A stretch of DNA of 64,000 bases from Candidatus Aminicenantes bacterium (lineage in GTDB: Bacteria; Acidobacteriota; Aminicenantia; Aminicenantales; Saccharicenantaceae). The stretch spans positions 1,201 to 65,200 of the forward strand of contig CAVULT010000002.1 of assembly GCA_963742235.1 (NCBI GenBank), written 5' to 3'. Each line of letters opens with the position of its first letter. The stretch's first letter is position 1. This document shows, piece after piece, positions 1 through 10,433 of this stretch. Under the pieces are notes generated by a model, which worked only from the letters and a program-made list of their open reading frames with translations, ran no database searches and was not told the origin of the DNA. The position numbers and the translations under genes are program-made.

Positions 1-928
1 GTCGGGCATGGCGGCCGTGACCACGGTCTACATGGCCGTTCTCGAGAAGGACGCCCACATGATCGCGACGGCGGCCGTCTACGGCGCGTCGCGGACGGTC
101 GTCGAGAGCGAGTTTGCCCGCTTCGGCGTCCGCGCCGACTTCGTCGACACCTCCGACGTCGAGAACATCCGCAGGCGCCTGACCCCGCAGACCAAGCTGC
201 TCTTTATCGAGACGCCGGCCAACCCGACGCTGCAGCTGACGGACATCAAGGCCTGCGCGGCGCTGGCCAGGGAGCGGGGCCTCATCCTGGCCGTCGACAA
301 CACCTTTTCCTCCCCCATCCTCCAGAACCCGCTGGACCTCGGCGCCGACATCGTCATCCACAGCTTGACCAAGTTCATCAACGGCCATAGCGACGTCGTC
401 GGCGGGATGATCGTCGCTCGGGAGGAGGGGCTCTTCAAGAGACTGCGGAAGGTCCTCCAGCTCATGGGAGGGACCATGGACCCCCATCAGGCCTGGCTCG
501 TCCTGAGGGGGCTCAAGACGCTGGCGTTGAGGATGGACAAGGCCCAGGACAACGCCATGAGGCTGGCCCGGTTCTTCGCATCCCATCCGAAGGTCCGCTG
601 GGTCAACTATCCCGGCCTTCCGGGCCATCCCCAGCATGCGCTGGCCAAGGCCCAGATGAAGGGTTTCGGCACCATGCTCAGCTTCGGACTCGAAGGCGGG
701 TTCGAGGCGGGCCGCCGGATGATGAACGCCGTAAAGCTCTGCGTCTTGGCCGTGTCGTTGGGCAGCGTCGAGAGCCTCATCCAGCACCCTGCCTCGATGA
801 CCCACGCCGGCGTCCCGCGACTGGCAAGGGAGGAGGCCGGGATCACGGACGACCTCGTCCGGCTTTCGGTCGGGTGCGAAGGCTACGAGGACCTCGAAGC
901 GGACCTCGCCCAGGCCCTGGATTCCTGA
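1..928 (+). CDS. PLP-dependent trans-sulfuration enzyme (methionine gamma-lyase / cystathionine gamma-lyase family), 5' end outside window
   Basis: Motifs ETPANP, VDNTF, HSLTKFINGHSDVVGG (PLP lysine), AVSLGSVESLIQHPASMTH, LVRLSVGCE. Confidence 0.93.
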   Translation, partial: SGMAAVTTVYMAVLEKDAHMIATAAVYGASRTVVESEFARFGVRADFVDTSDVENIRRRLTPQTKLLFIETPANPTLQLTDIKACAALARERGLILAVDNTFSSPILQNPLDLGADIVIHSLTKFINGHSDVVGGMIVAREEGLFKRLRKVLQLMGGTMDPHQAWLVLRGLKTLALRMDKAQDNAMRLARFFASHPKVRWVNYPGLPGHPQHALAKAQMKGFGTMLSFGLEGGFEAGRRMMNAVKLCVLAVSLGSVESLIQHPASMTHAGVPRLAREEAGITDDLVRLSVGCEGYEDLEADLAQALDS

Positions 929-939
929 AAACGACCCTC

Positions 940-1656
940 ATGCCGCTCGTCGCCGGCGTCATGTTCGTCGCGGCCTTTGTCCGCTCCGCCCTGGGCTTCG
1001 GCGACGCGGTCGTGGCCATGCCCCTTCTGGCGATGGCCCTCGGCCTTCGCACGGCGACCCCCCTCGTGGCCTTCATCGGCCCGACAATAGCCATCCTCAT
1101 CCTGGCCCGCGATTGGCGGAAGATCGAGTTCAAATCGGCCGGCCGGCTCATTGTGGCGACCCTGCTGGGGATCCCCGTCGGGGTCTACGGCTTGGCCCGC
1201 CTGCCGGAGACGCCGCTCAAGATCGCCTTGGGCGCGCTCATCCTGCTCTACGGCCTGTTCGGGCTGGCCAGGCCGGGGATGCGGCTCGAGCACGAGAGGC
1301 CCCATTTCCCCTGGCTCGTCGGCTGGTTCGCCGGGATCCTCGGCGGGGCCTACAACACCAACGGGCCGCCGATCGTCGCGTACGGCATGCTCCGCGGCTG
1401 GCCGCCGGAATCGTTCCGGGCGACGCTGCAGGGCTACTTCCTGCCGACGGGCCTGGCCATTCTCGCCGGGCACGGCCTGGCCGGGCTCTGGACGGGAACG
1501 GTCCTCAGCTCCTACCTTTATTCTCTTCCCGCGATCGTCGTCGGCGTCTTCCTGGGAGGGCTGCTCCATAAGAGGGTGACGCACGGGATGTTCACCAAGC
1601 TCGTCTATGCGTCGCTCGTCGCCATGGGCGCCTTGATGCTCGTCCGTGAGCTATAA
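940..1656 (+). CDS. Sulfite exporter TauE/SafE family membrane protein
   Basis: Hydrophobic multi-TM ORF with GFG near the N-terminus and GGAYNTNGPP; ATG at 940 just after upstream stop. Confidence 0.85.
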   Translation: MPLVAGVMFVAAFVRSALGFGDAVVAMPLLAMALGLRTATPLVAFIGPTIAILILARDWRKIEFKSAGRLIVATLLGIPVGVYGLARLPETPLKIALGALILLYGLFGLARPGMRLEHERPHFPWLVGWFAGILGGAYNTNGPPIVAYGMLRGWPPESFRATLQGYFLPTGLAILAGHGLAGLWTGTVLSSYLYSLPAIVVGVFLGGLLHKRVTHGMFTKLVYASLVAMGALMLVREL

Positions 1657-1740
1657 GAAGGGGTCAAACCTACGCGTATATTCTAAGAGCTCTGCAGGAG
1701 AAGGCTCTGGCAAAAGTCGACGTAGGTTTGACCCCTTCTT
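1655..1740. repeat. REP/REPIN-like inverted repeat; may also act as a bidirectional terminator
   Basis: Perfect 20-bp arms AAGAAGGGGTCAAACCTACG (1655-1674) and CGTAGGTTTGACCCCTTCTT (1721-1740), 46-nt spacer, between convergent genes. Confidence 0.85.
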
Positions 1741-1748
1741 TTTTTGTT

Positions 1749-4608
1749 CTATTCTAGAATGACGGTCTTGGCCGGGCCGTAATAGATGCCGTTGAAGAGC
1801 AGCTTGAACGTGCCGTGCGGCTGGCCCCTGAAGGCGATCTCCGGTCCGTACAGAACGACCTTCCCCTCCCCCATCGCCGCCTCGGCGACCTGCACGCTGC
1901 CGCGCAGATACGACTCGCCCCAGGCCCAGCCGCTCCTGAGGAGCTTCCCGTCGTCAAACCAGGCCACGGGCCTGACGCCCTTGAGCTCGGCGTCGGGGGA
2001 AAGCGTCCAGGCCGGCGTGTTGTCGAAGAAGACGTCGATCGTATCCGGCATGCCGTGCGCCAGGGGGTCCGTGTTGTCGACCCGGGCCCGCAAGAGCGAT
2101 CCCGGGATGTAGAATTTCTCGGGCCGCAGGGGCGCGCCGTCACCCTCCGGAGACTTTTCGACGAGCGCATTGGACAGGGGCAGGCCGAAGTGCTCGGCCA
2201 GGACCGTAGCCGCATCGAGGGCCAGGATCGTCCCCCCCGCCTCGACGAACTGCCTCAGGATGGGGATCGTCTTTTCGGCCGTGATCCGGCCGATCCGGTT
2301 CTTGTACTCGTCGGGGACGTTGGCCGGGGGCTGAGGCTGGAAATCCCGCGGCCCTCCCCGGCCCTCCTGACCCGCGACCGGGACGCGGGGGATCGAGCCA
2401 CCGACGAAAATGAGCACGTCGAACTTGCCGTTGAGTCCGCCCGCATCGAGGGCGGGCGCGAAGACGAGCTCGAAGGGAAACTCGAATTGTTCCAGGAGCC
2501 AGCGGATCCAGCCTGACGCCATGGATCCGCCGTAGCTGTCCCAGAGCCCGATCCGGACGGGCCTCAGCTCGAAAGCGGTCCCCTTCGGCGCGGTCGGGGC
2601 GCCGTCGATCCTCAGACCGAGCTCCTTGGCCGCCTTTTCGAGCAGGCTCGCCGCGGGCGCCGTGGCCGGCACCCAGATCGTCCCGGCCCCGTAGGCTTTT
2701 CCGCCGGCTTCGAGCGCGTCCTTCAGCCAATAGACCTTGGCGCCGGCCTTGAGGAGGCGGTTGACGGCCACGAACGTGTCGTTGACGCGGTGGTCGAGCA
2801 AGTAGCCCGCGGCACCGGCCGCGGCCGCGAACGTCCCGGCCGGCGGCCCGACGACTCCCGGAAGCGTCTCGAACGGCCCGTCGAAACCATCGAGGATCCT
2901 ATCGAACGCGACGCCCATCTGGTAGGCCAGGGTCCAGCCGGCCGCGTCATACGGCGGGCGCGGCGCCCCGCCCGGATAGGGGATGTCGTTCGGATGGTCC
3001 TGAGGCTCGAACATGCTCAGGACGTGCGGCCGGAACGCCTGGGCGGTCGACACGACGTAGGATCCTTTGGGATAGCTCTTGCCGCCGGCCTCGAAATCGG
3101 CCTTGGCCCGCTCGACGACGACGCCGCTCTCGATGAGCGCGTTGACGAACTTGGTCGCGGTCGGGAAGTCGGCCTGGTCCGAAGGGATGACGTAGCCCCG
3201 CGGGTCGCGCTTGGCCTTGTCGAAGATCGCCTCGTAGTATTTGATGTCGACGCCGCGGGCGCGGCCGGGCCCGCCTTCGCCCCGTCCCCCGCCCTGGGCC
3301 GGAGCCCCGGGCTGGCCCTGGCTCGCGGCCCTGTCCTTATCGATCGCGGCCTGGACCTCGGCCACGGTATCCGGCACGATGGTCCAACGTGTCCTTGCTG
3401 CCGGCTTCGATGGCGTGCTTGCCCATGAGATAGCGCCGGTAGAGGAAATCCTCCCGGTTCTTGGAGGCCACGTCGAGGATGGCCATGTCGGCTGTGATGG
3501 AATATTCAATGGACCGGCGGAAGGGCCATTTCTGCGGCGCGACCGGATAGGGATAGTCCTCTTTGGGCAGCAGACGGTCGGGGATGAACGGGATCTCGAC
3601 GGGCGTCGGGCTGCCGATGGCCTCGGTCAGGATGCCGATGACGTTGTGGAAATAACCCGTGCTCCGCAGGCCCCCGTTCCACCAGGTCGAATAGGCGGAG
3701 CCCGTCCGCATGGTCGCGCCGGGCTTGCCCTCGGTGACGAAGCGGTTGTGCATGGCCGCGGAGACGAGGTCGATGCCCATGGGGACGAGCGGGTCGAAGA
3801 CGTAGTTGAAGGGGTCGCGGAAGGGCGGCGCGAAGAGGACCGTCCCGGCCGGCCCGGTCTGATGCTGGTTATAGACGATCTGGGGGTGCCATTCGATGTA
3901 CAGCTGACGGCTGATGGCTTTGGTCTCCGGCTGGGTGTTCATGTAGAAATCGCGGTTGTTGTCGTGCCCGATATATTTCTGATAGAGGACGGGGACGCCG
4001 CTCATCGACCGCTTGGCCGGGTCCTTCTCGCGCATGTACCAGTCGGCGACGAGATCGAGGCCGTCGGGATTGACCGGAACGGCCAGGAGGATGACGTCGT
4101 CGAGGATGCGCAGGGTCTCGGCGTCGGTGCCGCTTGTCATCCGCCAGACGAGCTCGACCAGCTGCTGGGAACCGAGGATCTCCGTCGCGTGGAGCCCGCC
4201 GTCGATCCAGACGACGGCCTTGCCCTCGGCGGCCAGCCGCCGGGCGTCCGCGTCGGTCAGGCCTTTGGCCAGGGCCAGTCGCGTCGCGATGTCCTTGTAG
4301 CGGGCCAGGCGGGCCAGGTTCGCGGGCGAGGTGATGATGGCCATGATCATGGGCCGGCCCTCGGCCGTCCGGCCGATCTCGACGACCGTCAGCCGGTCGG
4401 ATTCCGCATCGAGCTTCTTCCAATAGGCGGCCAGCTGTTTGTAGTTGACGAGCTGGTAGTCGTCGCCGATGGAGAACCCGAACTGCTCCTTGGGGCTCGT
4501 GATCCGGGCCGCGGCGCCGGGCAGACGGAGGGCCGTCAGCGCCAAGACGAGGACAAGGCCGGCGAAAAGGATCCGGCGAACGGGACGAAGGCGGGAGATG
4601 TTGGACAC
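1749..4608 (-). CDS. M14 zinc carboxypeptidase family protein with C-terminal GATase-like domain, split by a one-base insertion near 3386
   Basis: HATE, GHDNNRD and YNQHQ motifs in ORF 3337-4656; continues in ORF 1749-3509 (WTIVPD...); removing one T from ACG-TTGG-ACC joins them; AGGAGG RBS before GTG at 4608. Confidence 0.85.
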
Positions 4609-4692
4609 GGCCATCCTCCTGAATGGAATCGCAAGCCGTTCTATATCAAAGGACATGAGAGGCTGTCAAAGGCCGACGGGCCGGATAAGGGC

Positions 4693-5370
4693 TCACCAGA
4701 CGCCGGGAAGGAGCCTGGACCGGACGGTCTGCGCATATTCCTTGTACCAGAGAAGGTCTTTGGTCAGCATGCGGTCCTCGAGGAACGTCCGGCCGACGAG
4801 GAGGACGGCGGCCAGCCCTTGAGGGACGAGCGCCCAGTAAGAGCCGAGGATGATCGGCGTGGACAGGCCGAAGAGCAGCCCCCCGAGATAGCCGGGATGC
4901 CGGCAGAGCCGATAGGGCCCTCTTCGGCAGACCGTTTGTCCCCGCTCGGTCTGGATGCGAACGACGCTCGAAAAGAACGGATTGGCCTTCTTGGCCCAGA
5001 GATAAAGACTCTGGCCGGAGACATAGAGGACGAGGCCCGCGGCATAAAGCGTCATCTCCGGCCTGGGACTCCGATGAAGCCGCCCCGCGTCGATCCCGGC
5101 GACGAGGAGGGCGGCCACATAGAGCGGCGTCGAGACCAGGAAGTAGCCCTTGTCCCACCACTTCATGCCTTTGCCGGGATGCAGCCGCTCGGAGACGAGC
5201 CCGGCGTCGTTGCGCAGGACCCACGCGGCCAGGGCGACAAAGGTCAGGTTGACGAGGAGATAGACCCAGCCCCGCCAATAATCGAGACGCCCCGAGGAGA
5301 GAAAGAGAAGGCCGCCCATGAAGACGGCGCCGGCGGCATATCGGAGCCAGGACGGGGCCTCGAAATTCAT
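4693..5370 (-). CDS. Isoprenylcysteine carboxylmethyltransferase (ICMT/PEMT) family membrane protein
   Basis: NPFFSSVVRIQ, GPYRLCRHPGY, EDRML...Y..Y motifs; TM segments. Confidence 0.88.
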   Translation of the reverse strand: MNFEAPSWLRYAAGAVFMGGLLFLSSGRLDYWRGWVYLLVNLTFVALAAWVLRNDAGLVSERLHPGKGMKWWDKGYFLVSTPLYVAALLVAGIDAGRLHRSPRPEMTLYAAGLVLYVSGQSLYLWAKKANPFFSSVVRIQTERGQTVCRRGPYRLCRHPGYLGGLLFGLSTPIILGSYWALVPQGLAAVLLVGRTFLEDRMLTKDLLWYKEYAQTVRSRLLPGVW

Positions 5371-5410
5371 CTTGCCGTCATTATGGGGCAGGCCGCTCGG
5401 ATATTCAATA

Positions 5411-8173
5411 TCACTTTTTGAGCTCGCCGCGGACGACCCGGAACCCGGTGCACTCGGGCGCGGCCGCGGCCCGGGCCTTGGGGTCGGCGGGACGGTCGGC
5501 GCTCCCGCCCAGAGCTTTGCCCGAACCGTCCTTCGCCGTCGCCCACTCGGCCGCGTTCCCGCCGAGATCGAAGACGAGCTCTTCGCCGTCCTTGCCGGCG
5601 CCGGCCATGCTGCCCACTTCCTTGATGAGGGCCGCCGGCCCGCCGATCTCCTTAACCTTCGGCTCGAGCCTGCGGACGTCGTCGGGATTCGGCGCATAGC
5701 CGGTCCAGTGGTCGAGGGTATTCTCGCCGCTCACGCCCTCGGCGAGCTTGGCCGCCTCGTCTTCGCTCGGAAGGCGCCAGGGCTCGCCGGTCAGCTTCGT
5801 CAGCCAGGCCGCATACGCCCGGGCTTCGTCGAAGCCCACCCCCGTCACGGGGAAGTTCTCCGTCCCCGGGGCCGGCTTCCGTTTCGGATCGAAGGACGCG
5901 TACTGAGCCCGGGTCACTTCGAATCGGCCGACCTCGAGGCCGCCCCTCTTGACGACCTCCGGGATGAGGGATCTCGAGGCCCCGGCTTCGACGCCGTAAC
6001 GGCCGCCGACCCGGGCGATGCCTTTCCGCCGGACGGCCTGGCCGAGCGGCGAATCGGCCTTCAGAGCCTCGTTCTCTGCCTTCTCCGTCTTGAAGAACCA
6101 GCGGTCGAACCAGGCCATGTCCTCGTCGAGCTTGCGCAGCTGGTGGACGTACTCCTGGAGGCCGTGCGGCTCGCCGGGAAAGAGCATGAACTTCACCGGG
6201 ACCTTGTCCAGGTAATAGAGCGCCCGGTAGTGGGTCCAGCCCTGGGCGGTCGGCACGTTGCGGTCCTCGGTGCCGAAGAAGATGATGGTCGGCGCCCGGA
6301 CCTTGTCCATCTGGAAGAGCGGCGAGATGCGCAGGTAGAGCTCCGGGTCCTCGAGCGGCGACTGGCCCAGATAGTAGGCGTCGAAGGACTGGCCGAAATC
6401 GACGTTGGCCCAGTCGCTGACGAACTCGACGTCGCCCGCGCCCGCCGAGACGATCTTGTAGCGGCCGGGGTTGGCGATGGACAGGGCGATCGAGAGGATC
6501 GAGCCGTTCGACCAGCCGAACGTGCCGACGCGCTCCGGATCGACGAGCCCCTTGGCGATGAGGAAGTCCACGCCCTTCTCGATATCGGCGACCGGGTATT
6601 CGTAGTACTTGCCGCAGCAGATGGACTCGACGAACTTGAGACCGTAGTTCGAGCTGCCGTGGTAGTTCGGCTTGAGGATGAAGGCGCCGCGCTGGGTCAG
6701 GAGCTGGTGGGCGTAGGACCAGTCTTCGCTCCAGGCGTCGAGATCGGCCCCGGCCGGGCCGCCGTGGGGCGCCGTCAGGAGCGGGTACTTTTTGCCGGCG
6801 ACGTAGTCATGAGGGTAATAGAGCAGGCCCTCGATCTCTTCGCCCAGGGCGCCGGTCCAGCGGACGAGCTCGGTCCGGGCGATGGCCTTGTCCTTGAAGC
6901 CGGGATTGAGATCGGTCAGCTGGACGGGACCGCTGAGCTTGGCTCCGTCGAGCGAAGCGCGATACCACTGCGTCGGCCGGCTCGCGGTCGAATGGTCATA
7001 GACGAGGACCTTGGCGTCGCGGCTGACGGCCAAGCCGAAGAGGTTCTTGACGTGCTCGCCCTCGAGGTCCGTTCGCGTCCAGGAGGAGCCCGCCTTCACG
7101 TAACGGGCCGGGAGGAAGCGGGCGCCGGCCGCGAGCAGGGTGACGAAACCGTCCGGGGTCGGCTCCAGGTCGGCGCCCAGGCCGTTCGGCCAGCCGAGGT
7201 CGACTTGGACCTCCCGGCCGGCGGCCAGGTCGTAATAATAAAGGAGCGTCACCGTGGCCGTGAAAAAGCGGGGATCGGAGGAATACGGCGCCCCGAAATA
7301 GAACCCGCCGCCGTCAGGGGCGGCGCGGATCGCGGCCGGGATGACGCGCCGGCCGGCCAGGATCTCCTTGCGGCCGCCTCCGGCGAGGTCGCAGATGAAG
7401 ACCCTGGGCAGGATCTTGTGGTCCCACTCGAAGCTCAGGTACTGGCCGTCGACCGTCATGGCCGTCTTCCCGTCGGGAGTCACGGCCCACGCCTGGATGA
7501 AATCCGTGTTTTCGGTCAAGCGGGTGATCTTCCTGTCTTTGACGGCGAGCTTGAAAAGCCGCACCGGCGGTTCGTGGGAGACGTCGTCGACGACCCGGGT
7601 CGTGTCCTTTTTCCGCTTGAGCTCCTGTTCGTAAAGGGCCGGGTCCTCCTGGGCGCTGAAGACGAGGGTGTCGTCATCGAGCCATTCGAATTCCTGCACG
7701 CCGCGGACGAGCTCGGTCAGGGGATAGGGCTCGCCGCCGAAGGGGCTCATCTGCCAGAGCTGCGAGCGCGAGAGCTCGGGGTTCGGCTTGGGCAGGGGTT
7801 TCGTGCTCAGAAAGACGATGGTCTCCCCGTTCGGCGACCACTTGGCCCGGTCGTTCGTGTCCGTGCCGCGCGTCAGCGGGATCTCTTTTTTCGTCTCGAG
7901 GTTGGTCAGGGTGACGTTGGCGATGCGGCCGTTCTTGTCCTTGTCCATCCGGCTCCGGGTCCAGACGGCCCATTTCCCGTCCGGCGAGATCTCCCAGCCC
8001 GAGGCCGATTCGGCGAGGAGGATGTCCTCGGACGTCCAGGCCGTCCCGGACCTGCCGGCGTTCCCCGGCTGCGGCGCGGCTTGGGCCGCGGCGAGATCCG
8101 CCCCGATCGCAAGGGCCAGGGCCAGGAACAGGACGAACGGAAATCCGGTTTCTCCGGGATGTCGTGATCTCAC
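5411..8173 (-). CDS. S9 family peptidase (beta-propeller + alpha/beta hydrolase) fused to a C-terminal FGE-sulfatase-like domain
   Basis: Signal peptide, WSPNG/SPDG repeats, HGGP, GWSNGS nucleophile, D and H (EDRNVP, EPHG); C-terminal EVTRAQY, PVTGV, RLPSE, GNAAEW, GFRVVR. Confidence 0.9.
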   Translation of the reverse strand: MRSRHPGETGFPFVLFLALALAIGADLAAAQAAPQPGNAGRSGTAWTSEDILLAESASGWEISPDGKWAVWTRSRMDKDKNGRIANVTLTNLETKKEIPLTRGTDTNDRAKWSPNGETIVFLSTKPLPKPNPELSRSQLWQMSPFGGEPYPLTELVRGVQEFEWLDDDTLVFSAQEDPALYEQELKRKKDTTRVVDDVSHEPPVRLFKLAVKDRKITRLTENTDFIQAWAVTPDGKTAMTVDGQYLSFEWDHKILPRVFICDLAGGGRKEILAGRRVIPAAIRAAPDGGGFYFGAPYSSDPRFFTATVTLLYYYDLAAGREVQVDLGWPNGLGADLEPTPDGFVTLLAAGARFLPARYVKAGSSWTRTDLEGEHVKNLFGLAVSRDAKVLVYDHSTASRPTQWYRASLDGAKLSGPVQLTDLNPGFKDKAIARTELVRWTGALGEEIEGLLYYPHDYVAGKKYPLLTAPHGGPAGADLDAWSEDWSYAHQLLTQRGAFILKPNYHGSSNYGLKFVESICCGKYYEYPVADIEKGVDFLIAKGLVDPERVGTFGWSNGSILSIALSIANPGRYKIVSAGAGDVEFVSDWANVDFGQSFDAYYLGQSPLEDPELYLRISPLFQMDKVRAPTIIFFGTEDRNVPTAQGWTHYRALYYLDKVPVKFMLFPGEPHGLQEYVHQLRKLDEDMAWFDRWFFKTEKAENEALKADSPLGQAVRRKGIARVGGRYGVEAGASRSLIPEVVKRGGLEVGRFEVTRAQYASFDPKRKPAPGTENFPVTGVGFDEARAYAAWLTKLTGEPWRLPSEDEAAKLAEGVSGENTLDHWTGYAPNPDDVRRLEPKVKEIGGPAALIKEVGSMAGAGKDGEELVFDLGGNAAEWATAKDGSGKALGGSADRPADPKARAAAAPECTGFRVVRGELKK

Positions 8174-8330
8174 GCGCCACCTCGCTTGATCGTACTTGAG
8201 CGGGATTCTTCCATCTTTCCGCGCCCGCTGTCAATCCGGAAGCGCGCCAAGCGCGAAATTCAACATCCGGCCGGCAGATGCGACTAACATCATGGCGTTT
8301 CTTGATGTTATGCCACAGGAGGTCTGTCCG

Positions 8331-8927
8331 ATGTCCATCAAACGCATCCTTCGGCCCGTCATCGTTCTGGTCCTGGCCGCGTTCGTCCTTTCGACCGCCG
8401 GCTTCGGACAGACGCGCCGGCACGATCTGTCCCTTTCTTACGGCGTCCTGTCCATCGACCAGCTCACCGATATCCTGACCGATGTCCTGACCATCGTCGT
8501 CACTCTGGGGACGTTCAGCAAGAACGACGTGGAATACACGGGCGTTCCCTTTCTGACCTACCACTATTCCGCCAACTCCCGCTTCGGTTTCGGCGGCGCG
8601 ATCGGCGGCTACAGCTCTCACGGCAACCTGCAGGTCGCGGGCGAGGCCGCCGGCACGTTCAAGGAGAGGAATTATATCGGCGCCGTGGAGCTCGACTACC
8701 ATTGGATCATGCGGAAGGGATTTCAGGCCTATTCCGGGGCCGGCTTCGGCCTCAGGTATCGCCGGGGCACCTACCAGACGACCGAAACGGAAACCTTCAA
8801 CAAGCTCCTGCCGACGTTTCACATCAACGCGATCGGCGTCCGCTTCGGCGGCAAGGTCGCCTTCTTCCTGGAACTCGGAGCCGGCTACAAAGGCGTTCTC
8901 TCGGCCGGCGTCAACGGCCAGTTTTAG
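8331..8927 (+). CDS. Small outer-membrane beta-barrel protein
   Basis: Signal peptide, alternating amphipathic strands rich in Gly/aromatics, C-terminal Phe; AGGAGG RBS. Confidence 0.75.
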   Translation: MSIKRILRPVIVLVLAAFVLSTAGFGQTRRHDLSLSYGVLSIDQLTDILTDVLTIVVTLGTFSKNDVEYTGVPFLTYHYSANSRFGFGGAIGGYSSHGNLQVAGEAAGTFKERNYIGAVELDYHWIMRKGFQAYSGAGFGLRYRRGTYQTTETETFNKLLPTFHINAIGVRFGGKVAFFLELGAGYKGVLSAGVNGQF

Positions 8928-8952
8928 AGAGATCCCCGGCTCGAGGATCGCC

Positions 8953-9387
8953 ATGAAGTTCCCGTCGGTTCTGGCTTGGGTCGTGATCATGGCGGCCGTC
9001 GCCGGTCCGGCCTTCGCCGGATCCGGCCAGGATTCTCCTCAAGCCGCGAGCAACATCCAGCCCGTCTCGTGGGACGCGTGGCTGGCCGCCAAGAGCAAGG
9101 CCGAAGAATGCGACGCGGCCGGGAACTTGGTCTCGGCGCTCCAATACTATCTCGAATATACCCGGCAGGCCGAGGGGCTGAACAGCCCCGCCCGCGCGGC
9201 CTGGGGCAAGAACAACGCCGCCTATATGATCATCAAGATGCACCGGCGGGACCAGACCGTTGACCTGTCCCCAGCCGAGAAGCTGCTCCAGGAAGGCCTG
9301 GCCCTGGACGGAGCGACGGAGGACTGCCGGAAGGTCATGGCCCTGAACCCCGAGTACGTCAAGTCTTGTCTCGGGACCACGCGCTAG
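8953..9387 (+). CDS. Secreted hypothetical helical (TPR-like) protein
   Basis: Signal peptide (AFA cleavage), helical repeat-like content, GAGG RBS. Confidence 0.6.
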   Translation: MKFPSVLAWVVIMAAVAGPAFAGSGQDSPQAASNIQPVSWDAWLAAKSKAEECDAAGNLVSALQYYLEYTRQAEGLNSPARAAWGKNNAAYMIIKMHRRDQTVDLSPAEKLLQEGLALDGATEDCRKVMALNPEYVKSCLGTTR

Positions 9388-9439
9388 ATCTCCTGCACCG
9401 CGGCCCGCATCTCCGTCAGTTCCCCGTCAAAAAGACTCC

Positions 9440-9476
9440 TTGACATTAATTAGTTATTGTGCTAATTATCTAATTG
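9440..9476 (+). promoter_or_regulatory. Sigma70 -35 and palindromic ArsR/SdpR-type operator
   Basis: TTGACA at 9440-9445; AATTAG-N8-CTAATT inverted repeat at 9448-9467 in an AT-rich patch directly before the ArsR gene. Confidence 0.65.
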
Positions 9477-9478
9477 AT

Positions 9479-9757
9479 ATGAGCGACGTGTTCAAGGCCC
9501 TGGCCGACCCGACACGGAGGCGCATCCTCGAGCTCCTCAAGTCGGGCCCGAAGAGCTCGGGCGAGATCGCGGAAGCCTTCCCCTCGAGCTGGCCGACGAT
9601 CTCGCGCCATCTCGCCGTTCTCCGCGACGCCGGGCTCATCCAGGCGACGCGCGAAGGTCAGCACATCCGTTACGAACTCGACACGTCGGTCGTCCAGGAT
9701 CTGGTCCAGCATCTCCTCGGCTGGGTCGGGAAAGGAGGTGGGCGCCGTGTCTCATGA
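9479..9757 (+). CDS. ArsR/SmtB family repressor, SdpR-like
   Basis: VFKALADPTRRRILELL, ISRHLAVLRDAGLI, REGQHIRYEL; directly upstream of an SdpI-like gene. Confidence 0.9.
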   Translation: MSDVFKALADPTRRRILELLKSGPKSSGEIAEAFPSSWPTISRHLAVLRDAGLIQATREGQHIRYELDTSVVQDLVQHLLGWVGKGGGRRVS

Positions 9758-10433
9758 TAGACTCCGGTTCGGTCTCATCGCCGCGACCTTTGGCGTTTCG
9801 ATCCTGTTCTTCGTCCGCTTGTCGGCCCTCGTCCTCCCGAGGGGCCCGATCCTCATGCCTTATTTTGGGAGGATCGCGACATCGTTCACACTCCCCACAG
9901 CAGCGCTGGCCATCGTCCTGATCTTCAGGTCTCTGGCCAAGCACGACCCTTTCCGCGCCAACTATGCCAAGTTCCGCCGGACGTACGATCTCTTCCTCGA
10001 CTTCGCCGTCCTGCTGGCCGTCGCGACCCACGTCCTCATCCTCAGCAGGATCATGATCGTCCAGGGGCATGTCGGCCGCTGGATCACCTATGTTCCGACC
10101 TCTCTCATCGGGGTCACTCTCATCGTCATAGGGAACGTCTGGCCTCGGCTCCGTCCCAACAGCGCCATGGGCATCCGGACCCGCTGGGCGCTGCGGGACG
10201 AGACCGTTTGGATGAAGACGCACCGGGCCGGCGGGTACTTCCTGGTCGTTTTCGGCCTGATCCTCATCGCCTGGACCTTCATCGACTTTCAGGGGATCTG
10301 GTGGGTTCTCGGACCGGGCGCGGCCCTTACCGTGGCGGGGCTTCCCGCCCTGTCCTACGTCATCTGGAAGCGCCAACATCGGTCCGCGTCTCCCCTTTCG
10401 GGAGGGCGAGCCGATCGAAAGGACATCCCGTGA
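9747..10433 (+). CDS. SdpI family immunity membrane protein
   Basis: GNVWPRLRPNSAMGIRTRWAL.DE.VW.KTHR.GG signature; multi-TM. Confidence 0.85.
   Translation: MSHDRLRFGLIAATFGVSILFFVRLSALVLPRGPILMPYFGRIATSFTLPTAALAIVLIFRSLAKHDPFRANYAKFRRTYDLFLDFAVLLAVATHVLILSRIMIVQGHVGRWITYVPTSLIGVTLIVIGNVWPRLRPNSAMGIRTRWALRDETVWMKTHRAGGYFLVVFGLILIAWTFIDFQGIWWVLGPGAALTVAGLPALSYVIWKRQHRSASPLSGGRADRKDIP

Noticed and set aside
5318-8167. Long antisense ORFs (also 3241-5421, 10355-13021, 17883-20321, 38230-40239, 50591-52984, 55242-58214)
   Set aside because: Shadow ORFs opposite well-supported genes, expected in high-GC DNA; no recognisable motifs
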